Notes: a model not told the origin generated them from the letters alone. A stretch of 64,000 nucleotides of DNA from Candidatus Bathyarchaeota archaeon (GCA_963769425.1 CAVYLP010000006.1:544001-608000); one strand, 5' to 3'. Shown: positions 39,702-51,255, counted from the stretch's first letter. Translations and numbers: made by a program.

Positions 39702-42147
39702 CCGGTGGGGCTCCCCGTTCACCTTGACGCCGTTGAGGTTGCCGTGGATCACCTCGACGCCGTGTGTGAGGTTTCCCTTCTCGTCTCTCTTCTGGGTGTA
39801 GGTGCCCCAGGCGGTTCCGGTGCTCCAGAAGCAGCGGAAGTCGTCAACGTTGATCTGGGGGGTGAAGCTGATCCTCTTCTCAGCCATGTCGCACTGGTAG
39901 CCGCTGAGGGCGAGGATTAGTCCCCAGCTGGACATGCTGCGGGCGTAGTGGTGGCCGCACTCGAACTCGTCCCAGGGGTTGCGACGGACGCCGTCGTGGC
40001 GGTCCCTCACGGCTTTGACGATGGCTAGGCCCTCGTCGAGGAGGCCCTCCCAGATTAGGTGGGCGGCGACCTGGTACTCTATCCCCGTCCACACCTCGTG
40101 GCTGTAGGGGAAGGGTATTCTGGGCCTCCCACCGTTGGGCCAGGTGCATAGTAGGAGCCCCGCCTCGTCGTTGAGGGCGTAGGTTCGCTGGCAGTTATCG
40201 TGGTGGGTGAAGTCGGTGAGGAGGTTGTGGGCATAGACGGCGCCGATGGCCTTCTTCACCCTCCTCGGGGGGAGGAGGTAACCGAGGCCGGCGAGGTGGG
40301 CGTTGAGCTGCCCGAGGAGCTGATCGGCGAGGCAGCCGACGCCGTGCTGGTACTTGTAAGCATTAACATCAGGAAGGCGCTGCTCGTAGTACTCGCCATT
40401 CCATAGCGTCCTGTCGAGGCGCCTGCCACCCTTGCCGTAGAGCCGGCTGTAGCGGTCCGCCGTCTCGTAGTCGCCGGCGGCCTCAGCCATCTTGGTTGCT
40501 GCCCTGAGGGCTGCGAGGTAGATGACGCCGGTGAGGGGGTTGGGGCCGTAGAACTGGATGTCGTAGGTGTTGTGCTGGCGCCCGTCGGTGACGCCGTCCT
40601 CGTCGGGGTCCCATGTCCTGATGGAATAGTCCATCGAGAGTTTTACATGGGGCCAGAGGCCGGTCATCCACGCCGTGTCCCCTGATAGCTTCCACTCGCG
40701 GTAGACGCGTGTTATGCTGCCTAGTTGGCCGTCGCTGGCGGGGTCGGCGGTGTCGGAGTTTATGGTGCCGGGGAAGGCGTTCCTGACGCGGAAGTTCATC
40801 TCCCCGTCCGGGTGGGTCTCGCTTCGGAACTCGGTCTCCCGCATGGATCGCTCGAGCGGTGGGGAAGAGGTAGGCGAGCGTCTGCTCGTAGTTCCAGACG
40901 TGTGTGCAGCTGCCGCTACAGCAGCCGGCGTCGTCGAAGCAGCCCTCGTATGCGAGGAACGTGCCGTCTTCGAGCCAGAAGCAGGTGTTGCTGCGGAGGG
41001 CGGTGATGTTCGCGGAGGCGGCGTCTAGGACGTGGGCGGGGAGGGTGCTGCCGAATAGGGCGTCGTGGAAGGCGCGGGTCATGCCGTCGAGGTGGTCCCA
41101 CGTGTCGACCATGTAGCGGGCGACCTCCCAAGCGTCGTCGAAGCGGACCGCGTAGCGGTTCCTGACGATACCCTGCTCGCAGTCGCCCCCGCAGGCGCAG
41201 AGGCGCTGGTCCCAGTGGCGGACCCTGTTGGGGAAGTGCCACGAGAGTATGAAGCGGAACCGCTTCTCCTCGCCGGGGTCGATCTCCTCGGTTGCGCCGA
41301 TGCTGGCGATGTCGGTTTTGCCCTCCTCGCTGGGCTCCGCGTAGCCGTGTGGGGTGAGGCGCCCGTCCTGCAGGTCGTCCCAGTACTCTCGAAGGGCGTC
41401 CCACCAGCCGCTGCGGAGCCACTGGGGCTTTGCTGTGGTGCGCTTGTTGGTGGTTGCGAGGGCGAGGCTGCCGTGGAGGATGTCGTCGTCTGGGTGTTTC
41501 CGTGACCAGAGGTAGACGCCGGTTAGGCCGTTATCGCTCCGCAGCTCGTTGACGTTGCCCCCGAATCCACCCGTCTTCAGGGCGCCGAACTGATCGACGC
41601 CGGTGAAGCCCACGGCGTTCGTGAGGCTTCCGACGACCGTGGCCTCGATGGGGACAGTTCCAGTGTTCTTGACGGTGTAGGTGAGGATGGTGGCGGGGAG
41701 GCCGGAGTCGTCTGGCTCGTGCGGGATGAGGGGGGTGTACGCCTCAAGCGTCACCTTGATGGGCAGTTCCTCGTCCCAGAGGTCGACCCAGAGGAATGGG
41801 TACTCGCCGCGCATCTCGCTGTGGGCGAAGCGTGGCAGCCCCGCGGTTGTGCTGGGGTGGAAGCCGTGGCTCTCTGCATATGGCGGCTGGAGGCGCGACT
41901 CCAAGACTCGGGTATCGACCCTGCTCCCCTGTCTTACGGCGACGCTGAAGAAGCCGTAGGGCATCCTCTGCCCCTTCGCGGACCTATTGAATATCTCCCA
42001 GTCGCGGAGCTCGCCGCGCGCCCCGATGCTGACGTTGCCTGTGCCTATGCCGCCGAGGAGAAACGCCGCCTGCGTCGCCTCGGGGCCGTAGCTGTGCTGG
42101 GGGCCGGTCGCCCTCAGCTTCTTCCTTGGGTAGGATAGCCTCGCCAT
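39693..42147 (-). CDS. GH116 glucosylceramidase/beta-glucosidase; +1 frameshift at ~40862
   Basis: LGGIGTG..WEIFN, YEGC...CTHVWNY, HNTYD, DQLLGQ, EVWTGIEY, RNPWDEFECGHHYARSMSSW. Confidence 0.9.
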
Positions 42148-42194
42148 CGGATCACTGGTGAGACTTCCGCCGAAGGTTTAGAAAACATTTGTTG

Positions 42195-42608
42195 TTAGAG
42201 GGTCACTATATCAGCAACTCTTTCAACGGGGCATCCAGTTTTGATGGCTGCTTTCCTCATGGCCTCATCCTCCGTGACTAAGGTCAACCCATCGCGGATA
42301 GCTATGTAGAGGTAGGAGGCGTCATAGAAGCTGAGTCCTTGGCTGAGAACGACCTCTGTAACGTACTCAGCCTCGCCGGGTTCGAGATGCGCGATAGCCA
42401 TGAGCCCTAGCACTTTTCCCGCCTCCCTCACGCGGGTTGTCGCCTCCCCCGGGTTTTTTAACCCGCGTTGGCCTCGCGTCTTCCAGACCACGTTTCCGAC
42501 CTCGAAGAGGGTCAGATCGGTTCGAGTCTCATCTTTAAGCAGGTCCGCTCCTCCCTGCCTCTCGGTTGAGAGGATCTCGACAATGGAACTCGCGTCGAAG
42601 AGGCGCAT
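42195..42608 (-). CDS. vapC: PIN-domain toxin
   Basis: LFDASS, FEVGNVVWK, SFYDASY, LVTED. Confidence 0.9.
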   Translation of the reverse strand: MRLFDASSIVEILSTERQGGADLLKDETRTDLTLFEVGNVVWKTRGQRGLKNPGEATTRVREAGKVLGLMAIAHLEPGEAEYVTEVVLSQGLSFYDASYLYIAIRDGLTLVTEDEAMRKAAIKTGCPVERVADIVTL

Positions 42609-42609
42609 C

Positions 42610-42831
42610 TCAGCGCTTCTCCCGGTCCGCGTGTATCCACTCGAGGATCTTCTCCTTGGGGAACTGGCTGAAGTATTCCCCGAGGCTGTCGGCGGCCTCC
42701 CTGGCCTCCTCTAGTTCGCGTTTCTTAATTTCCTCATCCAGAGCCTTTCGGGAGACATTAGCCGCCTCTATCCCGTACTTCTTGATCTTCTCCTTCATCT
42801 CCTCGGGGATGCGGATGGTGATTGTTGCCAT
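42610..42831 (-). CDS. vapB: RHH-type antitoxin
   Basis: MATITIRIPEEMKEKIKKYGI...RKALDEEI, immediately upstream of vapC. Confidence 0.85.
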   Translation of the reverse strand: MATITIRIPEEMKEKIKKYGIEAANVSRKALDEEIKKRELEEAREAADSLGEYFSQFPKEKILEWIHADREKR

Positions 42832-42841
42832 GTACACCAAT

Positions 42842-42864
42842 TGTATTACATAAAATGTAACACA
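42842..42864. promoter_or_regulatory. Putative vapBC autoregulatory operator
   Basis: TGT-a-TTACAT-aaa-ATGTAA-c-ACA inverted repeat just upstream of the antitoxin start. Confidence 0.6.
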
Positions 42865-42918
42865 TTAACCTGTCGTTTCTCCCGATGATTTAAGCTAGCC
42901 GGAGGTTAATCATTAACC

Positions 42919-43860
42919 ATGGTCAAGCCTGATTGGGCTGGGGTCTTCCCCGCCCTCTGCACCGTGACGGACGCGAAGGGCGACCTCGACGTGGCGGGTA
43001 TGCGCGCGCAGGTCGAGGCGAACATCGAGTGGGGTGCGGATGGGGTCTGCCCCGGGATAATCGCGGGGGAGTTCTTCAAGTTCAGCGAGGAGGAGCGTAT
43101 GGACATCCTCGACGCGACGGTTGAGGCGGCTGACGGGCGGGTGCCCGTGCTCTTCGGGGTGAGCCATAGCGGCACCGAGCTGGCGATACGCCTCGCGAAG
43201 CACGCGGAGGACAGGGGGGCCGACGGGGTCATAGCCATGGTCCCCTACTTCAGTCACACGCCGAGCAGGGCTATCGTGAAGAACCACATAGGCGCCATCT
43301 GCGCCGCCACCAGCCTACCCATAATGCTCCAGGACGCGGAGGATGCGACGGGGATACACATCTGCCCCACCACATACCTCGACCTCGCCGACGAGCACAG
43401 CAACCTCGCAAGCATAAAACTGGAGGGGCCGGGGACTCTCGACAAGCTCCGGGACATAAACCACCTAATGCCTGGGCGAGTCAGCGTCTTCGGGGGGATG
43501 GCGGCGAAGCTCATCCTTAAGGAGACGGAGCTGGGGGCCGACGGCACTATCCCTAGCGGGTGCCTCACCGACCTGATCAAGCAGATCTGGACACCGGCGA
43601 AGAAGGGCAACTGGAAGAGGGCGGAGCAGGTGTACGCTAGGTACAAGCCGTGGGTCGACCTCTTCCACGGTAGCCCCGGCGCCACCGCCGAGATAGAGAA
43701 GGAGACCCTCAAGAGCCGCGGCGTCATCCTGACGGCGACGAGCAGGAGCCCGAAGGTTCCCCTAAGCGAGGAGGGGAGCAAGCGCCTCTTGGAGATATTC
43801 GGGGAGCTGAAGATGCCGAGGGCGAGCCCTAGGGTCGAAGCGTGCTTGAGCGGGGATTAA
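42919..43860 (+). CDS. Dihydrodipicolinate synthase/N-acetylneuraminate lyase family protein
   Basis: GVFPA, GIIAGEF, EER, PY, IMLQD, IKLE (Schiff-base Lys). Confidence 0.85.
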   Translation: MVKPDWAGVFPALCTVTDAKGDLDVAGMRAQVEANIEWGADGVCPGIIAGEFFKFSEEERMDILDATVEAADGRVPVLFGVSHSGTELAIRLAKHAEDRGADGVIAMVPYFSHTPSRAIVKNHIGAICAATSLPIMLQDAEDATGIHICPTTYLDLADEHSNLASIKLEGPGTLDKLRDINHLMPGRVSVFGGMAAKLILKETELGADGTIPSGCLTDLIKQIWTPAKKGNWKRAEQVYARYKPWVDLFHGSPGATAEIEKETLKSRGVILTATSRSPKVPLSEEGSKRLLEIFGELKMPRASPRVEACLSGD

Positions 43861-43880
43861 CTCCAAGAGAGTTATTAAAA

Positions 43881-43897
43881 TTATCCCATTTGGATAA
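43881..43897. promoter_or_regulatory. Palindrome TTATCC-N5-GGATAA upstream of znuA; putative metalloregulator site
   Basis: Perfect 6-bp arms in the AT-rich promoter. Confidence 0.45.
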
Positions 43898-43955
43898 CAA
43901 ATATTATTAACATTTTCCAAATCATTAATAAATTAGGCCGCTTAATCACATAAAC

Positions 43956-44888
43956 ATGAGAACCAAGGCAGTCGTGGCTTTAGCGGCGATTGTCATCGTC
44001 GTCGCAGCGATATCCGCGTACGCACTGCTTCAGTCGAACCACCCGCAACCCCAGAGCAAGGGCCTCATCGTTCTGGCCACGTTCTACCCTCTATACGGCT
44101 TCGCTTCCAACGTGGCGGGGAACAAGGCGAACGTCTCAATTCTAGTCCCGGAGACAGTCGACGTGCACGCCTTCGAGCCGACCCCTTCGGACATCAAGAA
44201 GGCGGCTTCAGCGGACGTTATCATCTATAATGGGGCTGGTCTGGAGCCCTGGATGCCAAGCCTTCTAACCGCTGTGAATAAACCCAACCTCAAAGCAGTT
44301 GACACAAGCGTAGGAATAGATCTTCTCCCGGTCGCTGCCGAGTTCCAGAGGCAAGGGAGGAGCATAGACCCCCATATCTGGCTCGACCCCACCCAGGCTA
44401 AGAAGCAGGTGGAGACCATAGCACAGGCCCTCATGCAGGCAGACCCAGGGAACGCCGCCTACTACAGGTCCAACGCTGATGCATATGAGGCAAAGCTCGA
44501 CGCCCTCGACGCTCAGATAGCGGGGGAGGTCAAGACGACGAAGACGAGAGTCTTCGTCACCTTCCACGAAGCGTTCGCCTACTTCGCGAGGCGATACAAC
44601 GTGACCCAGATCCCGATACAGGGGCCTTTCCAGGAGGAGCCCACGCCCAGCGACATACAGAATGTCGTATCCATCATCAAGCAGTACAAGCTGCGCTATG
44701 TCGGCTATGAGTCCCTCGAGAATCCCGCGATCCCACAGGCAATTAGCACCCAGACGAACGCCACGCTCATCCTCATGGACCCCATAGAGGGCTTGACCCT
44801 AGCTGACAAGTCAGCTGGGGAAGATTACATAGCACTTATGCTGAACGATGCCCAAAATATCGCGATGGCCCTCAACAATGTCGGATAA
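43956..44888 (+). CDS. znuA: Zn/Mn ABC transporter substrate-binding protein
   Basis: DVHAFEPTP, NGAGLE, DPHIWLDP, FHEAFAYF, DPIE. Confidence 0.9.
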   Translation: MRTKAVVALAAIVIVVAAISAYALLQSNHPQPQSKGLIVLATFYPLYGFASNVAGNKANVSILVPETVDVHAFEPTPSDIKKAASADVIIYNGAGLEPWMPSLLTAVNKPNLKAVDTSVGIDLLPVAAEFQRQGRSIDPHIWLDPTQAKKQVETIAQALMQADPGNAAYYRSNADAYEAKLDALDAQIAGEVKTTKTRVFVTFHEAFAYFARRYNVTQIPIQGPFQEEPTPSDIQNVVSIIKQYKLRYVGYESLENPAIPQAISTQTNATLILMDPIEGLTLADKSAGEDYIALMLNDAQNIAMALNNVG

Positions 44889-45676
44889 GAACACAGTCGC
44901 CAAATTCGTCGATCTGAGCGTCACCTATAGTGGAAACGTCGACGCGCTCAGCCATGTCTCCCTCGACGTCTATGAGGGCGACTTCATGGGGGTCATAGGA
45001 CCGAACGGCGCTGGGAAGACGACGCTGCTGAACGCGCTACTTGGATTGACTTCCCCCAACCAAGGCTCTGTGAGCCTCTTTGGAAGACCAGTCTCACCGG
45101 CGGGACTACGGCGGGTAGGCTACGTCCCCCAGAAAGCTGCAACGGCCGAGGCAAACTCACCCTTCACAGTATACGAGACAGTCCTGATGGGGCGCGCCCC
45201 GCGCGCTGGACCGCTCCACAGACTCGGGCATAAGGACCACGACAAGGCCGAGGAGGTCCTCAAGCTACTCGGGATACACGACTTGATGAAGAGGAAGATG
45301 GGGCAGCTATCCGGTGGACAGTCTCAGAGGGTTCTACTAGCCAAGGCCCTTGTGGGCGATCCCGATCTGATGATCCTCGACGAGCCCACGAGTGGCGTCG
45401 ACTCCCCTTCGAGAATCGAGATTTATAGGATACTCTCAGAGCTGAACAGTGAGAAGGGGATCACGATGATGCTCTCCACCCACGACATTGGTGTAGTGAA
45501 GAGGCTTACAAACAGGGCAGCCTTCCTTCACGGCTCCCTGACTCTTCCAGGGCCCTACATCCGAACTCAGTGACCAGGTCCTCTCGAAGATGTATGACTA
45601 CCCGATCGAGGTCACGGAGGATGGGCGCGTCTGCGACTACCCGCTGGAGCACCTGACACAGCATGACCACGCTTAG
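44878..45676 (+). CDS. znuC: Zn/Mn ABC transporter ATPase; frameshift at ~45541
   Basis: GPNGAGKT, GYVPQ, LSGGQSQR, LDEPT, STHD; alternate frame ends ...SKMYDYPIEV..HLTQHDHA*. Confidence 0.88.
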
Positions 45677-46526
45677 CAGCCTCCTGAGCCTGCTGGCTGA
45701 GCCCTTCATACAGAGAGCGTTCCTAGTTGGCATCATAATAGCGGTGGCGAGCAGCATCCTCGGCGTCTTCATCGTTCTGAAGAAGATCTCACTCATCGGG
45801 GACGGCCTCGCCCACACGGCCTTCGGGGGCCTCGCCCTCGGCTACTATCTCGACGTGGTGCCACTATGGGCGGCGGCGGTCGTCGTTGTCCTCGGCGCCA
45901 TCGGGATAACGAAGACTACGCGGTCCAAGAGAATCTCGGGGGACGCCGCGGTTGCGGTGATCCTCCAGCTTGGGCTCGCCTCAGGTATAGTGCTGCTGAG
46001 CCTCGCCCGTGGCTTCGGGGTGAACATAGACAGCCTCCTCTTCGGGAGTATACTCCTAGTCGACTCCACCCAGATACTCGTGGCGGTGGTCGTCCTCGCC
46101 CTCATCCTCGGCGTCGTCGTCGCCTTCTACAAGGAGATGCAGTACGCGACCTTCGACGAGGCACAGGCACGGGCCGCTGGGATAAACACGGGCCTCTTCG
46201 ACTACCTCATCAGCGTCCTCGCGGGGATAGTCGTCATAGCCTCGATACCCATAGTTGGCGTGCTGCTCATCTCCGCGATGATCGTGCTACCCGCGCTGAT
46301 GAGCCTGCAGGTCAGCGGCTCTTTCAGGCACACCCTCCTACTCTCCCCAGTTTTCGGCACCGTCAGCGTAGTCGCTGGCATGTTCCTCTCCATAGTCCTC
46401 GACACTGCCTCGGGCGCCACTATCGTCCTTACGGCGATCCTCGGGCTGATCCTTATACTCGGCTTCAAGAAGATCGGCTCCGCGACGAGGCAAAGCGCAC
46501 TGAGCCCAGGCATCCAACGGGGCTAG
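45663..46526 (+). CDS. znuB: Zn/Mn ABC transporter permease
   Basis: FIQRA, GDGLAHTAFGG, LLFGSIL, FDE..A...GI, VGVLLI, SGATIV. Confidence 0.9.
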   Translation: MTTLSSLLSLLAEPFIQRAFLVGIIIAVASSILGVFIVLKKISLIGDGLAHTAFGGLALGYYLDVVPLWAAAVVVVLGAIGITKTTRSKRISGDAAVAVILQLGLASGIVLLSLARGFGVNIDSLLFGSILLVDSTQILVAVVVLALILGVVVAFYKEMQYATFDEAQARAAGINTGLFDYLISVLAGIVVIASIPIVGVLLISAMIVLPALMSLQVSGSFRHTLLLSPVFGTVSVVAGMFLSIVLDTASGATIVLTAILGLILILGFKKIGSATRQSALSPGIQRG

Positions 46527-46558
46527 AGCTTATCCACACCCATGCGGACACAACATCC

Positions 46559-47784
46559 ATGGACAAGCTAGGCATCGCCTACATAGGCACCGGCTTCATC
46601 GCCCGCTTCATGGCGCAGAGCATGACCGCCGTCAGAGGCGCCGACGTAAGCGCCGTCTACAACCCCCACGAGAACGGCGCCAAGAAACTCGCCGCATACA
46701 TCCAGTCACTCGGTTTACCAAAACCCAAAACATACACAGACCTACACGCCACCCTACAGGACAAATCCGTCAACGCCGCCTGGATCATGAACCCAAACTA
46801 CACCCGCCTAGAAACCACAAGAACCATCGCAGAAGAAGCAACACAGGGACGAGGCAACCTAGCTGCAGTCGCCTGCGAGAAACCACTCGGAAGAACTGCA
46901 GACGAGGCAGAGGAGATGCTCAAAGCAATCCAACGAACCGGCCTACTACACGGCTACCTTGAAAACCAGGTCTACTCCCCAAGCATCGTCAGGGGACGCG
47001 ACGCCGCGTGGAGATACGGCGCCAGAACCGCAGGAAGACCCTACCTAGCCAGAGCAGCCGAGGAGCACGGGGGCCCACACATGGCCTGGTTCTGGGACCC
47101 AAGAAGAAGTGGCGGAGGCGTCCTACTCGACATGGCCTGCCACAGCATAGAGGCGTCACGATACCTACTCACCGACCCCGACAAACCAAAGACGAGCCTC
47201 AAACCCAAGACCATACAGTGCACCACCCAGAGTCTCAAGTGGACGAGGAACCCGCCCTCACCCAGCTCAGGAAGCAGCACAACGTCGACTACTCCAAGAC
47301 CCCCGCCGAGGACTACGCCGCCGTCAACATCGCCTACGAGGACGACTACGAACCCGCCCTCTCCGAGACACGCGTAAGCTGGTGCTACACTGGCCCCGGC
47401 CTCCGCCTAAGCATGGAGCTCCTCGGCCCAGAATACTCCGTCACCATGAACAGCCTCCAGCAGGAACTCAACGTCTTCCTCAGCAGAAACATCAAATCCG
47501 AACAGTCCGAGGACTTCGTCGAGAAGCAGGCCGCGGAGCAGGGACTCATGCCCATCGTCCCTGACGAGGCAGCCTCCTACGGCTACATCGCAGAGTGCAG
47601 ACACATGGTCGACAGCTTTAGAGCCGGAGCCATGCCCACCGAGGACTGGACCGACGGCCTACTCGTCACCCAGCTCATGATGCACGCCTACAAGTCCGCA
47701 GACGAGGGCAGAACCATCAAGTTCAGCCCCGAGTCCGTCCGTGGCTACACCCCAAAGGTAGCCACCGGGGAGTGGCACCCCTAA
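46559..47784 (+). CDS. Gfo/Idh/MocA oxidoreductase; -1 indel at ~47248
   Basis: IGTGFIA, CEKPL, YLEN, EEHGGPH..WFWD..SGGGVLLDMACH. Confidence 0.88.
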
Positions 47785-47850
47785 AAATAATCCATCTCAA
47801 CAATCGATTAACCCTATAAATCTGCCACGCGCTGGGTCTTCGGTGCATTC

Positions 47851-48018
47851 TTGGTTTCAGTGATCCACCTTCGCCAGCTCGAAGCAGCCAAAAAACTCGG
47901 GAAACGCAAGCACTGGTCAGATGAGGATGAGGCGAAGGCTGAGGAGGAGACCCGTGAGCTCACTGAGGAGGAGCGCCTCCAAAGGGTCAGGGTCTACGAC
48001 GCGGGCGACGTCCTCTAG
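47851..48018 (+). CDS. Possible small charged protein (55 aa)
   Basis: MVSVIHLRQLEAAKKLGKRKHWSDEDEAKAEEETRELTEEERLQRVRVYDAGDVL*; fills the gap and its stop overlaps the next gene's stop. Confidence 0.35.
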   Translation: MVSVIHLRQLEAAKKLGKRKHWSDEDEAKAEEETRELTEEERLQRVRVYDAGDVL

Positions 48019-49346
48019 GCACCCATCCTGCTAATCACGGCCCTCTCAAGCTCCCAACGCTGCCTCTCCCTCAACTCGTATTTCACCCTCATCGCTGGCT
48101 TGTTCAGCTTCAAGTACCTGCGCAGGTCGGTGGGGGTGCCGAGCAACACGAGGTCGCAGGGCGTCGCGTTGATGGTTTCCTCGAGCTCCTTCATCTGGTG
48201 AGGGCTATAGCCGACGGCTGGAAGGACCTTCTGGAGGTGGGGATACTGCTCGTAGACGTGCTTGATTGTGCCCGTCGCGTATGGGCGGGGGTCGACGATG
48301 GTGGCCTCAAGCTCGCGGGCCTTGATGGTCGCCGCGCCGTAGCCCATGCCGCCGTGGGTGACAGTTGGCCCATCCTCTACCACAAGCACGCTTTTCCCGA
48401 GGAGCCTCGACTCGTCATCCGCCGTTATCACCATGTCCGTCTCCACTATCTGCGCCTTGGGGTTCACTGACTGGATGTTCTTCCTGACCTGCTCCACGCT
48501 CCCCGGCGGCGCCGTGTTCACCTTGCTGATCACCGCGATGTCCGCCATGCGGACATTCACCTCGCCAGGGTAGTAGGTCAGCTCGTTCCCCGCCCTGTGA
48601 GGGTCTACGACGCAGATGTGTATCTTCGGCCAGTAGAAGGGGTAATCGTTGTTGCCTCCGTCCCAGACGATGAAGTCCGCCTCCTCCTCGGCACGCCTGA
48701 TTATGTCGAGGTAGTCGACGCCCGCGTAGACGACTGCGCCGCGCTCGATGTGGGGCTCGTAGTCCTCCCTCTCCTCGATCGTGCAGTCCTGCGCGTCGAG
48801 GTCCTCAAGAGTGGCGAATCTCTGCACGCGCTGCTTGACGAGGTCGCCATAGGGCATCGGGTGGCGAATCACCACGACCTTTAGCCCCCTCCGCTTGAGT
48901 AGGTCGACAAGCCACCTGCTCGTCGGGCTCTTGCCGCTCCCCGTCCTGCTGGCGCAGACGCTGATCACAGGCTTCTTCGACCTGATCATAGTCTCCTTGG
49001 GGCCGAGGAGTGTGAAGCTCGCCCCCGCCGCCATTGCGCGGCTCCCCTCGTTCATAAGGTACTGGTGGCTCACGTCGCTGTAGCTGAAGAAGACCTCCTC
49101 CACGTTAAGGTCCTGGATGAGCTGCTCCAGCTGGGACTCGGGGTGGATCGGTATCCCGTCCGGGTAACGCTTCCCCGCGAGCTCGTGCGGATAGGTCCGC
49201 TTCTCTATCCCCGCCGTCGTGTCTAGGTCCGATATCTGGGCAGCGGTGAAGGCTACAACCTCATACTCCGGGTTGTCCCGGAAAAAGACGTTGAAGTTGT
49301 GGAAGTCGCGGCCCGCGGCGCCCATGATTATGGCTTTTTTGATCAT
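48015..49346 (-). CDS. Cyclic 2,3-diphosphoglycerate synthetase-like P-loop ligase (COG2403; arginine synthetase ArcE-like)
   Basis: IIMGAAGRDFHNFN, RTGSGKS, RHPMPYG, TIEEREDYE, WDGGNND, VEDGPT.THGGM. Confidence 0.8.
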   Translation of the reverse strand: MIKKAIIMGAAGRDFHNFNVFFRDNPEYEVVAFTAAQISDLDTTAGIEKRTYPHELAGKRYPDGIPIHPESQLEQLIQDLNVEEVFFSYSDVSHQYLMNEGSRAMAAGASFTLLGPKETMIRSKKPVISVCASRTGSGKSPTSRWLVDLLKRRGLKVVVIRHPMPYGDLVKQRVQRFATLEDLDAQDCTIEEREDYEPHIERGAVVYAGVDYLDIIRRAEEEADFIVWDGGNNDYPFYWPKIHICVVDPHRAGNELTYYPGEVNVRMADIAVISKVNTAPPGSVEQVRKNIQSVNPKAQIVETDMVITADDESRLLGKSVLVVEDGPTVTHGGMGYGAATIKARELEATIVDPRPYATGTIKHVYEQYPHLQKVLPAVGYSPHQMKELEETINATPCDLVLLGTPTDLRRYLKLNKPAMRVKYELRERQRWELERAVISRMGA

Positions 49347-49402
49347 AACATTTGATCGAATGTTTGGGCTGAATATAAACTGGGCTAGCGAACCCGATCA
49401 GA

Positions 49403-49807
49403 TCAGTGTGAGGACGTGAATTCTAGCTCGTTCAGGAGGGCCTTCACTCTGAGGAGTATGTCGTCCCTAATCACCCTAACCTCCTCTATGGGCTTCCCGT
49501 GAGGGTCCTCTATCTCCCACTCCCTCATCTCGCCCCCGGCTACGGGGCAGACGTCTGGGCCACAGCCCATTGTGATGGCTAAATCGGCCTCTTTAGCCAT
49601 CTCGCTGGTGAGTTTCTTCGGCTTATTGCCACTGATATCTATCCCGATTTCCTTCATGGCCTGTACGACGAGGGGGTTAATTTGAGTGGCTGGTTGGCTT
49701 CCAGCGCTTATAGCGTGGTGGCGGCCACTGGAAAGGCTGTTGAATATGCCCTCGGCCATCTGGCTCCTCCCCGCGTTGTGGACGCAGATGAACAGAACAG
49801 TAACCAT
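49403..49807 (-). CDS. arsC: LMW-PTP-family arsenate reductase
   Basis: CVHNAGRSQMAE, TMGC..VCP, WEIEDP. Confidence 0.85.
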   Translation of the reverse strand: MVTVLFICVHNAGRSQMAEGIFNSLSSGRHHAISAGSQPATQINPLVVQAMKEIGIDISGNKPKKLTSEMAKEADLAITMGCGPDVCPVAGGEMREWEIEDPHGKPIEEVRVIRDDILLRVKALLNELEFTSSH

Positions 49808-49893
49808 GGTTAACGTGTGAGTTTGGGTTATCCCTGAATTTAAGGGAGGGCGCAGAGCGTCAGTTTTTCAACCCCCGCACCGATACCTGATTG

Positions 49894-50755
49894 ATGGAGA
49901 GGCTCACGAAGGTCCAATTCACGAACCTAGAGAAGATACTCTATCCCGCGGTGGGGGTGAGAAAGCTCGATGTCGTGAAGTATTACATCAAGGTGGCGCC
50001 CCGAATGTTGCCCTTCCTTGAGGGGAGAGCACTCGTTGTCACCAGGTACCCAGACGGGGTGGAGGACGGAGGGTTTCTATGGGAAGGATGCCCCGCAGGG
50101 GACGCCCGACTGGGTGAAGCTCCACCACACCTACTCCGAGGCCGCAGGGAGGGAACTCGACTACATTGTCTGCGACAACCTCGACACGCTAGTCTGGCTC
50201 GCAAATCTAGCTGCCCTTGAGCTGCACATCCCACTCGCGAGGATTGATAAGCCGGATAACCCAGACATTGTCCTCTTCGACCTTGACCCGCAGCCCCCCG
50301 CGGGGATGGCTGAGGCTGGTAGAGTCGCCCGATTGATCAGGGAGAAACTCAAGGCAAGAGGGCTCACAGCTTGGGTGAAAACGTCGGGAAAGAGGGGGCT
50401 GCACATTGTAGCACCGACGAATCGGAAGGAGACTTTCGATGAGACTCGAGCTTATGCCCATAAGGTCGGAATTGAGCTCGCTAAGGAGACGGGAATAGTC
50501 TCTTCCGAGAAAGCACAGAAGAGGTCAGGTACGGTCTACATAGATTATCCCCAGAACGGACACGGGAGAACGATGGCGTGCCCCTACAGCCTCAGGGCGA
50601 CTCCGACAGCGACAGTCTCATCCCCCATTACCTGGGAAGAGCTTGACGGACTAGACCCGAATAAATACATGATTGGTAACGTACCAGACAAAGCGGACGC
50701 CTGGAAGAGTTTCTGGAAATCCCAAAAGAGCGTGAAATCTAAGGAGAAGACCTAG
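49894..50755 (+). CDS. LigD-type primase-polymerase (NHEJ Pol); +1 indel at ~50075
   Basis: TNLEKILYP, RYPDG..FYGK, ELH, FDLDP, KTSGKRGLH, YIDY.QN, PYSLRA. Confidence 0.9.
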
Positions 50756-51039
50756 CTCGCGGAACCCTTAAAATCTTTTGGAAAGAAGCCTTGCTGAAGC
50801 TCAGATCCTGCGCTGCTCCAAAATAGTCTCCTGTCAGCGAGTTTTAGACCGATGATGCAGGTTCTCTTCATTTGTGTCTTAGTCAGCTTCCCCAACGCCT
50901 TTTCTCACCGTCTAAAAATGTGCTCGTAACCGTGATAGTTATTCCATTGCTTTTTTCCACATGATTTTGATCAGGTTCGATTGCAGATTGTGTAAGTGTT
51001 AAGAATCCGAAGTGTGAAGATTCAATTCGAGAATTCAGT

Positions 51040-51255
51040 TTGAGCGACTTTACTATAATCGATGTGGGCTCCTTTGCGATCGTAATATTCGTCATTCTGA
51101 TTGTATCGCACTTCGTGTGGAGAAAGTACCTGAGTAAACTAGATTCGAGGTATCAGACCATTATAGATATAATTGCCATCATTTTATCCGGGTTAGTGAT
51201 ACTATCGATGGCCAATCTATGGCTCTTCCAACAGCTATCTTGGCTGGGACTGTGA
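51040..51255 (+). CDS. Small two-TM membrane protein in low-GC insert
   Basis: Two hydrophobic segments; AT-richer than flanks. Confidence 0.4.
   Translation: MSDFTIIDVGSFAIVIFVILIVSHFVWRKYLSKLDSRYQTIIDIIAIILSGLVILSMANLWLFQQLSWLGL

Noticed and set aside
45866-46558. N-terminal extension of the 503-aa ORF
   Set aside because: Off-frame overlap with znuB; the oxidoreductase starts at 46559
46560-47300. A/C-rich composition suggesting foreign DNA
   Set aside because: Explained by third-position codon choice within an ordinary oxidoreductase gene; no mobility signs
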